DNA from: Chloroflexota bacterium
GTDB lineage: Bacteria; Chloroflexota; UBA11872
Assembly (NCBI GenBank): GCA_965208215.1
Contig: CBDBOH010000003.1
Coordinates: forward strand, 1,338,129-1,402,128
Length of the DNA stretch: 64,000 nt
Direction: 5' to 3'
Shown: piece after piece, positions 29,295-40,552 of the stretch
How the letters are laid out: each line of letters starts with the position of its first letter
Numbering within the stretch: position 1 is the first letter of the stretch
Position numbers and translations under genes: made by a program
The notes under the pieces: generated by a model
Seen by the model: the letters and a program-made list of their open reading frames with translations, nothing else
Databases searched by the model: none
What the model was told of the DNA's origin: nothing

Positions 29295-30413
29295 ATGCAC
29301 GTTCTCGTAACCGGCGGAGCTGGTTTCATCGGCTCCCATGTCGTCGACGCACTGCGTCATCGAGGTCACACCGTCGCCGTTCTCGACAACCTCGCGTCGC
29401 GCGTGCACCCCAACCGCGCATGGCCGTTCGACTTGCCTGATGTCCGGCGCATTCGAGGCGACGTGACCCAACGCGACGATTGGCTGGTGGCACTGGACGA
29501 CGTCGACGCCGTGGTGCATCTGGCCGCGTATCAGGACTATCAGGCCGACTTCAGCCGATTCGCCCGCGTCAACGATGCCGGCACCGCGCTCCTGTACGAG
29601 TTGCTGGTCGAGCGCCGTCAGCCGGTCAAACGCGTTGTCGTGGCCAGTTCGCAGGCCGTCTATGGCGAGGGTGCCTATTGGTGTCCCGACCACGGACGGC
29701 AGTTTCCGCCGCCGCGCGCTCCGCACCAGCTGGCCCGCGGCGTCTGGGATCCGGTCTGCGTCTCGTGCCGCGCGCCGCTTGAGCCAGTGGCGTCACATGA
29801 AGAACACCCGGCCCCGACCAACGCCTACGGAATCTCCAAGCTGGCCAGCGAGGCCTACGCGCTAACCATCGGTGCTCGTCACGGCATTCCGACCGCGGCC
29901 CTCCGCTTCAGCATCATCCAGGGGCCGCGCCAGAGTCCTGCCAATGCCTATTCGGGAGTGCTCCGCGCCTTCGTCGGGCACCTCCGCCATGGACGTCGTC
30001 CGGTGATCTTCGAGGACGGTCGACAGAAGCGCGACTACACACACATTCGCGACGCGGTCGCGGCCGTCGAGCTGACGCTCGAACATCCCGACGCGGTCGG
30101 CCAGGCCTTCAACGTCGGCAGCGGCGAGGTCACAACCGTGCTGGAGTACGCCCGGGCGGTCACGGATGCCATGGGCGCCAACCTCCAGCCGGACGTCAGC
30201 GGTCGCTATCGCCTGGGAGATACGCGCCACGTCTGGTCCGACACCACGCGCCTCTGGGCGCTCGGCTGGCGACCCTCGCGAACGCTCAGCGAAATCATTC
30301 GCGACTATCTGGAGTGGATTGCCAGCGTGACCACGGGCACGGACTGGTCGGCCCGAGCCCTTGCCCGAATGGAATCCGGCGGCGTGGTCCGCCGCGTATC
30401 CCGAGCCGAGTGA
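29295..30413 (+). CDS. NAD-dependent epimerase/dehydratase (nucleotide-sugar modifying) with a Cys/His-containing insertion
   Basis: MHVLVTGGAGFIGSHV Rossmann motif and YGISK catalytic motif. A ~45-aa insert carries CPDH...CVSC. Confidence 0.8.
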   Translation: MHVLVTGGAGFIGSHVVDALRHRGHTVAVLDNLASRVHPNRAWPFDLPDVRRIRGDVTQRDDWLVALDDVDAVVHLAAYQDYQADFSRFARVNDAGTALLYELLVERRQPVKRVVVASSQAVYGEGAYWCPDHGRQFPPPRAPHQLARGVWDPVCVSCRAPLEPVASHEEHPAPTNAYGISKLASEAYALTIGARHGIPTAALRFSIIQGPRQSPANAYSGVLRAFVGHLRHGRRPVIFEDGRQKRDYTHIRDAVAAVELTLEHPDAVGQAFNVGSGEVTTVLEYARAVTDAMGANLQPDVSGRYRLGDTRHVWSDTTRLWALGWRPSRTLSEIIRDYLEWIASVTTGTDWSARALARMESGGVVRRVSRAE

Positions 30414-30480
30414 TCGAACGTCCTATGCGGTCTGCGACGACCGACACCTCGCCTGGTTCAGGAATGGCGAGTTGCTGCGC

Positions 30481-31626
30481 TCAGGAACGCGCGGCTGCCC
30501 TCGAGTCCTCAACCGGAACAGGCAAATCCTCCCCGGCTTCCGCTGGATACTGCTGAAACAGCTCGCCCCACGGTCCACCCAGCGCTTTTCGAACTCGCCC
30601 CCGTCCAACCACGTTGTACCAGTACACGTCGTGATAGAGGCGCGATGCTGCGTATGACCAGGGCGCGATAACCGTCCGCAGCAGCACCTTCTCAAGCCGC
30701 TTGAGCGGCCCCCAGTAGATCAACTTCTGGCCCCGGCTGGCGAATGTGTCCTGCCGGGCCGCCACCTGCCACCGCACCTCGTCGATGTCGGCGCCAACCA
30801 CCTCGATCTCGCGCGCGTCCGCCGTCCCCAGACCGTCCTCGTGCGCCATGCGCAGAAATGGAATCTCAAAGGGATCCAGGCCCATCAGTCGCGCGCTGGT
30901 GGCGTCCAGCGCCACCTGGTCGGCGCCTGCCAGCATCAGATTGCGCTCGTGCACTCGCATGCAGCGCGGCCCCGGCCCTTCGCCCACAAACGTGCCGTCC
31001 ATCACGGCAAATATGCCCGGGTGGATTTCCTTCTGAATCATCAACAGGTCCACCAGGGTTTCGTGGATCGTCGCGTGGCAGTAGTGCCGCTTCTCGAACA
31101 GCAGCCCGCCGAATGCGTTTTTCATTGCCCCGGTAATCGTGGTGAAGACGTGCGTCTTCACCGTCGGCAGGTGAATGATGTTGGTACCGATCAATCGCTT
31201 CGGAATCCGTACGCCCTCGGGGTAGACCTCATGCAGCGTGTGCAGGCGGCCTTTGGGCTCATACCGAACCCAGGCGTCGTCCTCGTACAGGTGAATGTTG
31301 CGCAGTCCGTGCGCCGTCACCACCGGCAGATGCTTGTTCTGGCGCTCGCCTACGTGAGCGTCCACTACCACCGTTCGGTTGTGGGCGCCAAACAGCGACT
31401 CTGGGGCGAAGCCGTCGGCTCGCAGCTTTCGGATCACGCCGTCCAGCTGCCACGGCGCGGTCGAGCAGGCCGGGTACCAGTGGTGCCACGAAATATTGAT
31501 CTTTAGCGCCGTCTCCGCTCGGCGATCCAGCGCTGCCTGGTAGCCGGCCTCGTCCATGGCCTTGGCCACGTCCTTGAGCACCGTTTCGGGCGATGTCGGA
31601 ATAAGCGCGACGCGAGCCAAGCGCAA
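30481..31626 (-). CDS. DUF362 domain-containing protein
   Basis: 381 aa. Family assignment is from recalled DUF362 sequence features (ALKINISW, GTFVGEGPGP). No cofactor motif identified. Confidence 0.55.
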   Translation of the reverse strand: MRLARVALIPTSPETVLKDVAKAMDEAGYQAALDRRAETALKINISWHHWYPACSTAPWQLDGVIRKLRADGFAPESLFGAHNRTVVVDAHVGERQNKHLPVVTAHGLRNIHLYEDDAWVRYEPKGRLHTLHEVYPEGVRIPKRLIGTNIIHLPTVKTHVFTTITGAMKNAFGGLLFEKRHYCHATIHETLVDLLMIQKEIHPGIFAVMDGTFVGEGPGPRCMRVHERNLMLAGADQVALDATSARLMGLDPFEIPFLRMAHEDGLGTADAREIEVVGADIDEVRWQVAARQDTFASRGQKLIYWGPLKRLEKVLLRTVIAPWSYAASRLYHDVYWYNVVGRGRVRKALGGPWGELFQQYPAEAGEDLPVPVEDSRAAARS

Positions 31627-31753
31627 CCGTCCTGAGCGGGACAGGGGAATGCCTGATCTTACGTCGCCGCGCGGCCTGGACAGGCGCCACGTCGTGTTTT
31701 CCTACGCTCAGGCATCATGCAGGCATCAACCGTGCGTCTCGTCGGAGTCCGCC

Positions 31754-32884
31754 ATGCCTGCTTACCGCGCCGTCGCCATTGCCGATTCCACGCTCGAACG
31801 CGCCTACGGCCACGCCATCCACAAGGCGTTCTACGAGATTCCGAATGTCGAACTCACGGCGCTGGCCGATCCCGTTGCCGAACCTCGAGCCGAGCGCGCG
31901 GCCGAAATCGGCAACCCCAGGCAATACGACGACTACCGCGACATGCTCGCCGCCGAGACGCCGGATCTGGTAGCGATTTGCCCTCATCACTTCAAACACC
32001 ACGGACGCTGGCTGCTGGATGTCATTGAGTCGGGCGCCCGGGGCGTCTACATCGAGAAACCCATCACCGCCAGCCTCGACGAAGCCGACGCCGTGGTGGA
32101 GGCTGCGGACGCCGCCGGCACCAGGATCGCCGTCGCCCACCAGAACCGCTATCGACCCGGCACCCGCCGCGTAGCCGAACTGGTGCAGTCGGGCGCCATC
32201 GGGACCCTCCGCTACATGCACGGCATCGGCAAGTGCGACCAGCGAGGCGGAACCCACGATCTGCGTGTGCTCGGCACCCACGTGCTCGATGCGCTCCGCT
32301 ATATCGCGGGCGACGACGTGATCTGGGCCACCGGCCACATGCAGGTCAATGGACGTGATGTCACGGTCGACGACATCTATGACGGCCCCGAAGGTCTCGG
32401 CCAGATGGCCGGCGACGCGCTCACGGGCTATTTCGCCTTCGAATCCGGAGCCATCGCCCGCTTCGACACGTACACGCGCCCGGCTGGCGGTCCGGCCCCG
32501 TGGTTCGGCTACGAGCTATGGGGCGACGACGGCGGCATCTCAGTCCGCGACGGTGGCCGATCAATCTTCCTCTACCCCGCACCGGCGAACCTCCCCGGCG
32601 ACCCTTCGCGCGCTTGGGAACGTATCGACGCGTCCCCGCTGGCATACCCGGATGGACGACTGGCAACCGAGGCCCAGCTGCTTGATGCGCTCAACCGCCA
32701 CGCGGCGATCGATGTGATTGACTGCATCGAAAACGGTGGCGAACCGGTCTCCAGCGCCCGCCAGGCCACGGCGGCGCTCGAGATGGTAATGGCGATTCTG
32801 GAAGGCCACCGCACCGGAGCCCGGGTACCGTTCCCCATGCAAACCCGCGCAAACCCGCTCGCCGTCTGGCAGGCCGAGATTTAG
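31754..32884 (+). CDS. Gfo/Idh/MocA family oxidoreductase
   Basis: ATG 31754. The track ORF 31556.. is upstream read-through. Contains EKP (IEKPITAS) and the family C-terminal domain. Confidence 0.8.
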   Translation: MPAYRAVAIADSTLERAYGHAIHKAFYEIPNVELTALADPVAEPRAERAAEIGNPRQYDDYRDMLAAETPDLVAICPHHFKHHGRWLLDVIESGARGVYIEKPITASLDEADAVVEAADAAGTRIAVAHQNRYRPGTRRVAELVQSGAIGTLRYMHGIGKCDQRGGTHDLRVLGTHVLDALRYIAGDDVIWATGHMQVNGRDVTVDDIYDGPEGLGQMAGDALTGYFAFESGAIARFDTYTRPAGGPAPWFGYELWGDDGGISVRDGGRSIFLYPAPANLPGDPSRAWERIDASPLAYPDGRLATEAQLLDALNRHAAIDVIDCIENGGEPVSSARQATAALEMVMAILEGHRTGARVPFPMQTRANPLAVWQAEI

Positions 32885-32944
32885 TCGAACGGGCGGTATG
32901 CATACCGCCTTCCAAAACGAAGGCTGCGGCCTGGCGGTCGCCGG

Positions 32945-33973
32945 CTACAGCGTTACGCGGCTCCCCGATTCCGCCGACGCGTAGGCGGCGTGCACGACCC
33001 GCAGCACCTTCAGGCCGTCCTCGGCCGTGATCGGCGGGTCGATCTCGCCCAGGCAGGCTCGCACCGTGCAGTCGACCCACGGGGTGTATCCGCCGCCGCG
33101 ACCGTCGTACTCGAAGCGCCGGTCATTGGACCCCGCCATGGCCGACGAGATGGAACGCCACTCCAGCGCGTCCGCCTCGCCCTCGTGCGCGCGTACCCAG
33201 CCTTCCGAGCCATAGACGGTGAACCCGTTGTGCCCCTTCTGGTCCATCAGGTAGCCGCTGAACAGCACCCCCAGCGCGCCGCCGGCGAACTTGAAGGTGA
33301 CGATGCCCAGGTCCTCCACGTCGATCGGCGCCCCGCCCGCCACCGCCGTCATGGCGGATACCTCGGCGATGTCCTCGCCCACCAGGTAGCTCAGCATGTC
33401 CAGCCGGTGGATACCCAGCCAGCTCAGGTGTCCTCCGCCGGCCAGCTTCTTCTGAAACGTCCAGTCCGGATCGCCAAGCCGCCGCTGAATACGCGTCTGG
33501 TCGTCCACTTGCACCGCGCGAACGGCATACAGGTCGCCAATGCCGTCGCTCTGGATGATGCGTCGGGCGTCTGCAACGCTGGGGCTATTGCGATTGGCCA
33601 GCGCCAACATCAGGTGCGCGCCGTTCGCGTCCGCCAGCCCCGCCAGTTCCTCGAACTGCCCCACATTTGTACAGGCTGGCTTCTCGGCCATCACGTGCAC
33701 GCCGGCTTCCAGCAGCGGCCGAATCACGTCGGGGGCGTGCGCCGCGATCATGGTCACGATGGCCATGTCCGGCTTCCCGGCCGCCAGCAGCGAGTCCACC
33801 GTCGTGTGCGTGCCGCCCGCCTTGGCGCCAACCGTCGCGACGGAGTCTCCAAACGTCGTCCCGCCGGGATCCATCAGCTCCGCCTGCTCGATAACGTCGA
33901 GGTCGCGAATCGCGTCGCGATACGGCTGCTGGTGGGCGGCGCCCTCCTCGGTTATCAGTGCGACCGTGGCCAT
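32945..33973 (-). CDS. Gfo/Idh/MocA family oxidoreductase
   Basis: ATG 33973 preceded by AGGAGA. The track ORF starts further upstream. Contains EKP (MAEKPACT). Confidence 0.8.
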   Translation of the reverse strand: MATVALITEEGAAHQQPYRDAIRDLDVIEQAELMDPGGTTFGDSVATVGAKAGGTHTTVDSLLAAGKPDMAIVTMIAAHAPDVIRPLLEAGVHVMAEKPACTNVGQFEELAGLADANGAHLMLALANRNSPSVADARRIIQSDGIGDLYAVRAVQVDDQTRIQRRLGDPDWTFQKKLAGGGHLSWLGIHRLDMLSYLVGEDIAEVSAMTAVAGGAPIDVEDLGIVTFKFAGGALGVLFSGYLMDQKGHNGFTVYGSEGWVRAHEGEADALEWRSISSAMAGSNDRRFEYDGRGGGYTPWVDCTVRACLGEIDPPITAEDGLKVLRVVHAAYASAESGSRVTL

Positions 33974-34062
33974 GTCCAAATCTCCTGCGCGGCTGGCGGT
34001 GCGCGTATGGTAGTCGAGCCGGGTTGGCGCGCGTGCTCCGCGGTCAGTCCACGCCCTTGTTT

Positions 34063-34461
34063 CTAGCCTGCAGTCCCGTCCTTGCGGCTGTGGAGGAGGA
34101 TCAGGTTGCCGTCGGGGTCGGATATGCCGGCGGCGTGGCACGACGCCTGTTCGCCAGGCTCAAGGGCAATCTCCACACCCTGTTGACGAAGTTCGTCAAC
34201 GGCTTGTCCGACATCATCGACGGCGATAGCTATCGCCCCGCTCTGGACAGGAGCATCCGCCATCCCGCCTTCCGTATCGAGTCGCAGCGCGATGACCGTT
34301 GGCGTGTCGCCAACCGCAAATTCGACCCAGCCGGATCCATCCCGCGATTGGAGTGTGAGTCCCAGAATCTGCTCGTAGAAGTCCACGCTCCTGGCGAGGT
34401 CGCGGACGCCGTATACGAAGAAATCGATACCCCGTGGCTTCACCAGTGCCTCCTTCCCCAT
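34063..34461 (-). CDS. VOC (glyoxalase/bleomycin-resistance) family protein
   Basis: ATG 34461. ~130 aa paired beta-alpha-beta-beta-beta fold signature (FFVYGVRDLARSVDFYEQILGL...DPDGNLILL). Confidence 0.7.
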   Translation of the reverse strand: MGKEALVKPRGIDFFVYGVRDLARSVDFYEQILGLTLQSRDGSGWVEFAVGDTPTVIALRLDTEGGMADAPVQSGAIAIAVDDVGQAVDELRQQGVEIALEPGEQASCHAAGISDPDGNLILLHSRKDGTAG

Positions 34462-34587
34462 TGACACCGGACTCGCTGCACTTCGACCTCGCTGGCACCG
34501 CTCCCGTCTTCGCTGTGTGTCAGGAGGCCTGCCCAATGGCGAAGCGGTGGTCCTGGTCTGCCCATGAACGCTACCCGAAGTCGGCGC

Positions 34588-35340
34588 TTACGCGAGCGGG
34601 CTTGCACCCCGCACGCGATACCGCAGAAACACTTCGCCGTCCCGCGCAATTGTGCTCATGAGTTCGAGTTCCAGCAGCTGATCGTTCGGCAGGGCGGCTG
34701 GACCCTCCACCGCCGTTCTCGGTCTCGGCTCACCGATGACCGAGGGCGTGACCGTAATGAAAAACTCGTCCACCAGCCCAGCCGCCAGCATGTGGAAGTT
34801 CAGGATCGCGCCGCCCTCGCAGACGAGCCGCCGAACCCCGCGTTCGGACGCCAAGTGGCGCATGAGGCCGTCGAGATCGACGCGCTCTTTGCCAATCCTT
34901 AAGACCTCCGCCACCTCCGGTAGACCGGCCGCGACCTCAGCGACCTCCGGTACGACCATCAGCGGTGCAATCGGGTAGCTGCGGCGCTGAAACACCTGGT
35001 CGTTCGGATCAATTTGCCCCGAGTTCGACACCACGATGAACAGCGGCGGATCGTGAAGTCCGCGTTGTTGCCGCTCATGCTGCAGCTCGGCGCTCCACAT
35101 GTAGCGGTCGATCCGCATCCCCAGCGTGCGCGCTCCATGCAGCACCGCGTCGAAGTGGATGCGAAACCGCCGAAAGGTGTGCTGGTCGGCGTCCAGGCTG
35201 ATCGGCCAGTACGCGTCCGTTGGTCCCTTGATCGCCCCGTCCACCGTCATCACCATCTGGATCGCCGTGTAAGGACGCCACGTCCCGCTCGGCAGTTCCA
35301 GGGCGTCGTAAACGCCGCTGGCCGGTGCTTGCTCGCTCAC
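34588..35340 (-). CDS. Dihydrofolate reductase-like / RibD C-terminal domain protein
   Basis: Motifs LVCEGGAILNFHMLAAGLVDEFFITVTPSVIG and MVMTVDGAI. Confidence 0.75.
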   Translation of the reverse strand: MSEQAPASGVYDALELPSGTWRPYTAIQMVMTVDGAIKGPTDAYWPISLDADQHTFRRFRIHFDAVLHGARTLGMRIDRYMWSAELQHERQQRGLHDPPLFIVVSNSGQIDPNDQVFQRRSYPIAPLMVVPEVAEVAAGLPEVAEVLRIGKERVDLDGLMRHLASERGVRRLVCEGGAILNFHMLAAGLVDEFFITVTPSVIGEPRPRTAVEGPAALPNDQLLELELMSTIARDGEVFLRYRVRGASPLA

Positions 35341-35367
35341 CTCGGCCGGCGCTGAATCTTCGCTGTC

Positions 35368-35811
35368 CTACTCCGGCGGCAGCTTCACAATGTTCAGCCA
35401 AAAGTCCTGGATAGACGACACCACGTGCATGAACTGCTCCAGGTCCACCGGCTTCGTCACGTAGGCGTTGGCATACAGGTCGTACGTGCGCAGGATGTCC
35501 TGCTCGGCCTCCGAGCTGGTCAGCACCACCACCGGAATCCGGTGCAGGTCGGGGTCGCACTTCAGATCCTGCAACACCTCGCGCCCGTCCTTCCGGGGCA
35601 GGTTCAGGTCCAGCAGGATCAGGTCGGGTCGCGGCCGGTCGGCGAACTCGCCCTGTCGGCGCACGTAGGCGATCGCCTGCTCTCCGTCATTGACCACGTT
35701 GAGCGTGTTGCGGATCTTGGCCTCGCGCACCGCCTCTTGCGTCAGGCGCACGTCGCCGGGGTTGTCCTCCACCAGCAGAATCTCTATCGGGGCGCCGCTG
35801 GCCTGGGCCAT
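35368..35811 (-). CDS. Single-domain response regulator (CheY-like receiver)
   Basis: [10 protein letters not shown]...LILLDLNLP...K receiver motifs. ATG 35811 preceded by AAGGAGG. Confidence 0.85.
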   Translation of the reverse strand: MAQASGAPIEILLVEDNPGDVRLTQEAVREAKIRNTLNVVNDGEQAIAYVRRQGEFADRPRPDLILLDLNLPRKDGREVLQDLKCDPDLHRIPVVVLTSSEAEQDILRTYDLYANAYVTKPVDLEQFMHVVSSIQDFWLNIVKLPPE

Positions 35812-35891
35812 GGCCGGCCTCCTTTCGCCTGGGACGTCGCCCAGCATCCTGGCGCATGTCCTGCTGCGCGCGCGGGTTCCACGGGCGCGGC

Positions 35892-37172
<1,281 letters not shown>

Positions 37173-37328
37173 GGTGCCCGGCCCGGCGGGTTCGGTTTGG
37201 CGTCTGCATTTCTGAAGCCCAGTGCCTCCAGTCGCACGGGATCACCGCCGCAATTGTTACAGTTTGGACACACTTCGAATGTGAACGACCGCCGCCGCGA
37301 CGACGCGGTGCCCGCTGGGAGGGGAAAA

Positions 37329-38087
37329 ATGGCCGCGCAAACGCTCCGCATTCTGGTCATCGAGGACAACCCCGGCGACGTTCGGTTGCTCGAAGAAATG
37401 CTCGTCCCAACCGGGGACGTGCAATACGAAGTCCAGAGCTTCGCCAATCTTCCGGACGGACTCGGGGCCATCGGCGACTTCGCTCCATCCGTCATCCTGC
37501 TGGACCTCGGCCTCGGCGAAACCCAGGGCCTCGATACATTCACCGCTGCCCAGGAAGGCGCCGGTGGCGTTCCCATCGTCATCCTCTCCGGTCTTGGCGA
37601 CGAAGCCGTGGCAACCGCCGCCGTCGGCCAGGGCGCCCAGGACTACCTGGTCAAGGGCGAATTCGAGGAGGAACGGCTGCGCCGCACCATCCGCTATTCC
37701 ATCGAGCGCCAGCGCCGCGCCGCCACCGCCGAGGAACGCATCCGCACCCTCGTCGCCGAAGAGCCCGGCTTCGCTGACATCGTCATGAATCAGCCCGACG
37801 GCGTCATCGTGGCCGACTCCACCCGCAAGGTTCTGTTCGCCAACCCCGCTGCCGCTGAGTTGTTCACCGTCCCGGTTGACGACCTGGTCGGCAGTGAGCT
37901 CGAGTTCAACGTGCGTCCCGGCGCCTCGCAGATGGTGCAGATTCGCGAGGACCCCCGGAACCCCAAGTACCTGGAAGCACACAGCGCCCAGGCCGTCTGG
38001 TCCGGCAGCGACGTCCACGTTCTCACCTTCCGCGAAGGCGAACACATCGGCTTCTTCCGCCGCATCCTCAGAAACATCGGCTTCTAG
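37329..38087 (+). CDS. Response regulator with receiver plus PAS-like domain
   Basis: ATG 37329 preceded by GGGAGGGGAAAA. ILVIEDNPGD...LLDLGL receiver, then a PAS-like C-terminus. The 700-aa track ORF 35985.. is antisense read-through. Confidence 0.8.
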   Translation: MAAQTLRILVIEDNPGDVRLLEEMLVPTGDVQYEVQSFANLPDGLGAIGDFAPSVILLDLGLGETQGLDTFTAAQEGAGGVPIVILSGLGDEAVATAAVGQGAQDYLVKGEFEEERLRRTIRYSIERQRRAATAEERIRTLVAEEPGFADIVMNQPDGVIVADSTRKVLFANPAAAELFTVPVDDLVGSELEFNVRPGASQMVQIREDPRNPKYLEAHSAQAVWSGSDVHVLTFREGEHIGFFRRILRNIGF

Positions 38088-38108
38088 GCGTCAGCCTGAC
38101 CTCGGCGA

Positions 38109-40169
38109 TTAGGCCAGGTCGCCGAACAGCCGGTCAATCAGCCGGCAGGCGTCGCCGCGGCTGATCGTCGCCTCCGGCTGCGCGGGCGTCGGCACGTCCG
38201 GCAACCCGCCCATCGACATCCGTAGCGGCGACGGATCGGCCATCCAACTGCGCACGATGTCCGTGAACCCCGACCAACTACAAGCCGCCTGATCGTTGAA
38301 TAACCCCGAGTCCACCTCGACGGGACGCCACGGGTCCACCGCCCGCCGCGCCAGCCATGCCCACCGCTGAGCCTCGCCCTGGGTCAGCGGTTCGTCCGAC
38401 CGCGCGGCGTAGCGCCTAAAGAACCCCCGTGCTCCCCAGAACTGCGCCGCCTCCGACAGGCCCCGCGCCTGCTGTTCGTATCCCGCAAACCCGGCCGGCA
38501 CCACATCCTCGAAGTACGTAATCACCTGCCTGCCGTCCAACAGCGCCCGCTGCAACGCCCCGCGCGGCACGTCCCGAACCCGCACACCACGCGCCAGCGC
38601 CAGCGCCGCCGCCGTCCCGGCCGCTTCGCCCAGCGCCATCCACACCGGCTCCATGCGGATCGTCCCGTACCCCAGGTGGCTGGCCGACACCGCCACCGGC
38701 ACCAGCAACCCGTCGATCCCCTCCGGCACCATCACCCGGTACGGAATCTGGTACGGCACGGTCTCCTCGTGCAGCCCGATAAACCCCTCCAGCGCCACCT
38801 GCCGCCCATCCGGGGCCTCGCCGTCGGCCGGTTCCCCTAGCCCCAGGTCCTCCCGCTTTCGCGTCGCGTGCGAGTCGATCTGGTAACCGCCCGACGCCAC
38901 GCTATCCCAGTGCGTGGGCGAGCGACCGCCCGAACTGTCCAGCAGCGCGTCGCTGGCGCTGAACACGTAGCCGCCCAGGATGCGGCAGCCTTCCCGCACG
39001 TACATCTGCCGCGGAAACCCGCCGTTGTCCTGGAACTCGTCTGCCGCCAGCCCCCACTCCCGCGCCGCTTTCCGATAGTCCGCCGGCACTTCCTTGTCGT
39101 TCTGGCAAAACCACACCAGCCCCTCGGTATATGCCCGATGCGCTGCTGCGATCTCCAGCCGGCGTTTCGGCCCGGCCTCCGGATAGTCGAAGTTCGCCTC
39201 GGCCCAGTCACTGGACGTGAAGCAAAAGTGGTGGTTGTTCGCGTCCGACTTCCGGTTCGGCATCGGCACGAAGTTCAGCACCGCCGTCCCGCCCCGCGGA
39301 CCCCAGAACCCCGGCATCCGCCCGCTCCGAACGTCGTCAACCAGCGGGGCGTACACGCTGCGGTCATAGCTGTCCGGCCGCTCCACGTCGCGCCTGTTCG
39401 CCGGATCGTCCGTCAGGCACAGCCGGTAGTTGTACGCCTGGATCCGCCGGTCCGCCGCCCCCGTGGACCCCGGATACGTCCTCCGGTCGTGAAAGTCCTG
39501 GTACACCACCCCGGCGTGCGACTCGCCCAGCTCCGCCCGCCCCTCGCGCCCGATCCGGTACGCCGCCCCTGCCCCCAGCGCAACGTCGCCCTCGTAAGTC
39601 GCGTCCACGAACACCCGCGCCTCCAGCCGTACCTGCTCGCCCGTCGCCGTTCCCCGCTCGTCCACCGCCGCCAGCCTCACCGCCGTGACACGCCGCTCCG
39701 GCGTCTCGTCAATACGCGACACGTCCGCCCCCGGCTCCGTCTCCACCAGCCAGCGCCCGCCCTCCGGCATTGACGCTCCGCCCTCCCAGGCCAGCCGCCA
39801 TCCCTGCCACACTTCCAGCCGCTCCTGTTCCCCAACCAGCGCCTCCAGCAGCCGCTCCGCAACCGAGGGCTCGAACCGGTAGCCCCCATTGCAGTCGCGA
39901 ACCTGCTCGGAGTCCTCCCCGTACGTCGACGTGTAGTGCTCCCGCACCATCCCCACGAACCGCCGGAAGATCCCGCCCACCGATTCGTTCGGCCGGATGT
40001 CCGTCGCCCCCAGCCCGCTCGTCATCAGCCCGCCCAGGTGCCGCGACGGCTCCACCAGCACCACGTCCAGCCCCGCGCGCGCCGCCGCGATGGCGGCCGC
40101 GATCCCGCCGGGCGTCCCCCCGATCACCGCCACGTCGGTCAGCTTGCTTGCCCCTGGTTCAGCCCGCAT
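38109..40169 (-). CDS. FAD-dependent oxidoreductase (large, polysaccharide-locus type)
   Basis: N-terminal dinucleotide motif VAVIGGTPGGIAAAIAAARAG...E. About 686 aa. ATG 40169. Confidence 0.7.
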   Translation of the reverse strand: MRAEPGASKLTDVAVIGGTPGGIAAAIAAARAGLDVVLVEPSRHLGGLMTSGLGATDIRPNESVGGIFRRFVGMVREHYTSTYGEDSEQVRDCNGGYRFEPSVAERLLEALVGEQERLEVWQGWRLAWEGGASMPEGGRWLVETEPGADVSRIDETPERRVTAVRLAAVDERGTATGEQVRLEARVFVDATYEGDVALGAGAAYRIGREGRAELGESHAGVVYQDFHDRRTYPGSTGAADRRIQAYNYRLCLTDDPANRRDVERPDSYDRSVYAPLVDDVRSGRMPGFWGPRGGTAVLNFVPMPNRKSDANNHHFCFTSSDWAEANFDYPEAGPKRRLEIAAAHRAYTEGLVWFCQNDKEVPADYRKAAREWGLAADEFQDNGGFPRQMYVREGCRILGGYVFSASDALLDSSGGRSPTHWDSVASGGYQIDSHATRKREDLGLGEPADGEAPDGRQVALEGFIGLHEETVPYQIPYRVMVPEGIDGLLVPVAVSASHLGYGTIRMEPVWMALGEAAGTAAALALARGVRVRDVPRGALQRALLDGRQVITYFEDVVPAGFAGYEQQARGLSEAAQFWGARGFFRRYAARSDEPLTQGEAQRWAWLARRAVDPWRPVEVDSGLFNDQAACSWSGFTDIVRSWMADPSPLRMSMGGLPDVPTPAQPEATISRGDACRLIDRLFGDLA

Positions 40170-40258
40170 CGTCCGTGTCCATTCCGGTACGCCCGATCGC
40201 GCGCATCGTTTCACATGCCGCCCCTGGGCCATAACTGGCGGAGCCTTACCATGGGCGC

Positions 40259-40498
40259 ATGGACGGCGGCTTCAACGTCGGCGGCCTCGGCCGCCTCCTC
40301 ATCATCGCGGGCGGCCTGATCCTCGCCGCCGGCGTCCTCCTCGTCCTCCTCGGTCAGATCCCCTTCTTCGGCCGCCTCCCCGGCGACATCGCCGTTGAAC
40401 GCGAACGCTTCTCCTTCTTCTTCCCCCTCGCCTCCATGCTCATCCTCAGCCTCATCCTCACCATCCTCATCAACATCATCCTCCGCTTCTTCCGCTAG
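40259..40498 (+). CDS. DUF2905 family small membrane protein
   Basis: 79 aa with two TM helices and a GRLPGDI motif. Confidence 0.55.
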   Translation: MDGGFNVGGLGRLLIIAGGLILAAGVLLVLLGQIPFFGRLPGDIAVERERFSFFFPLASMLILSLILTILINIILRFFR

Positions 40499-40552
40499 CC
40501 AGGATCGGGATCAAGGCGCGACACTGAAGCTAGTCGTTGCTCATGGGGACGA

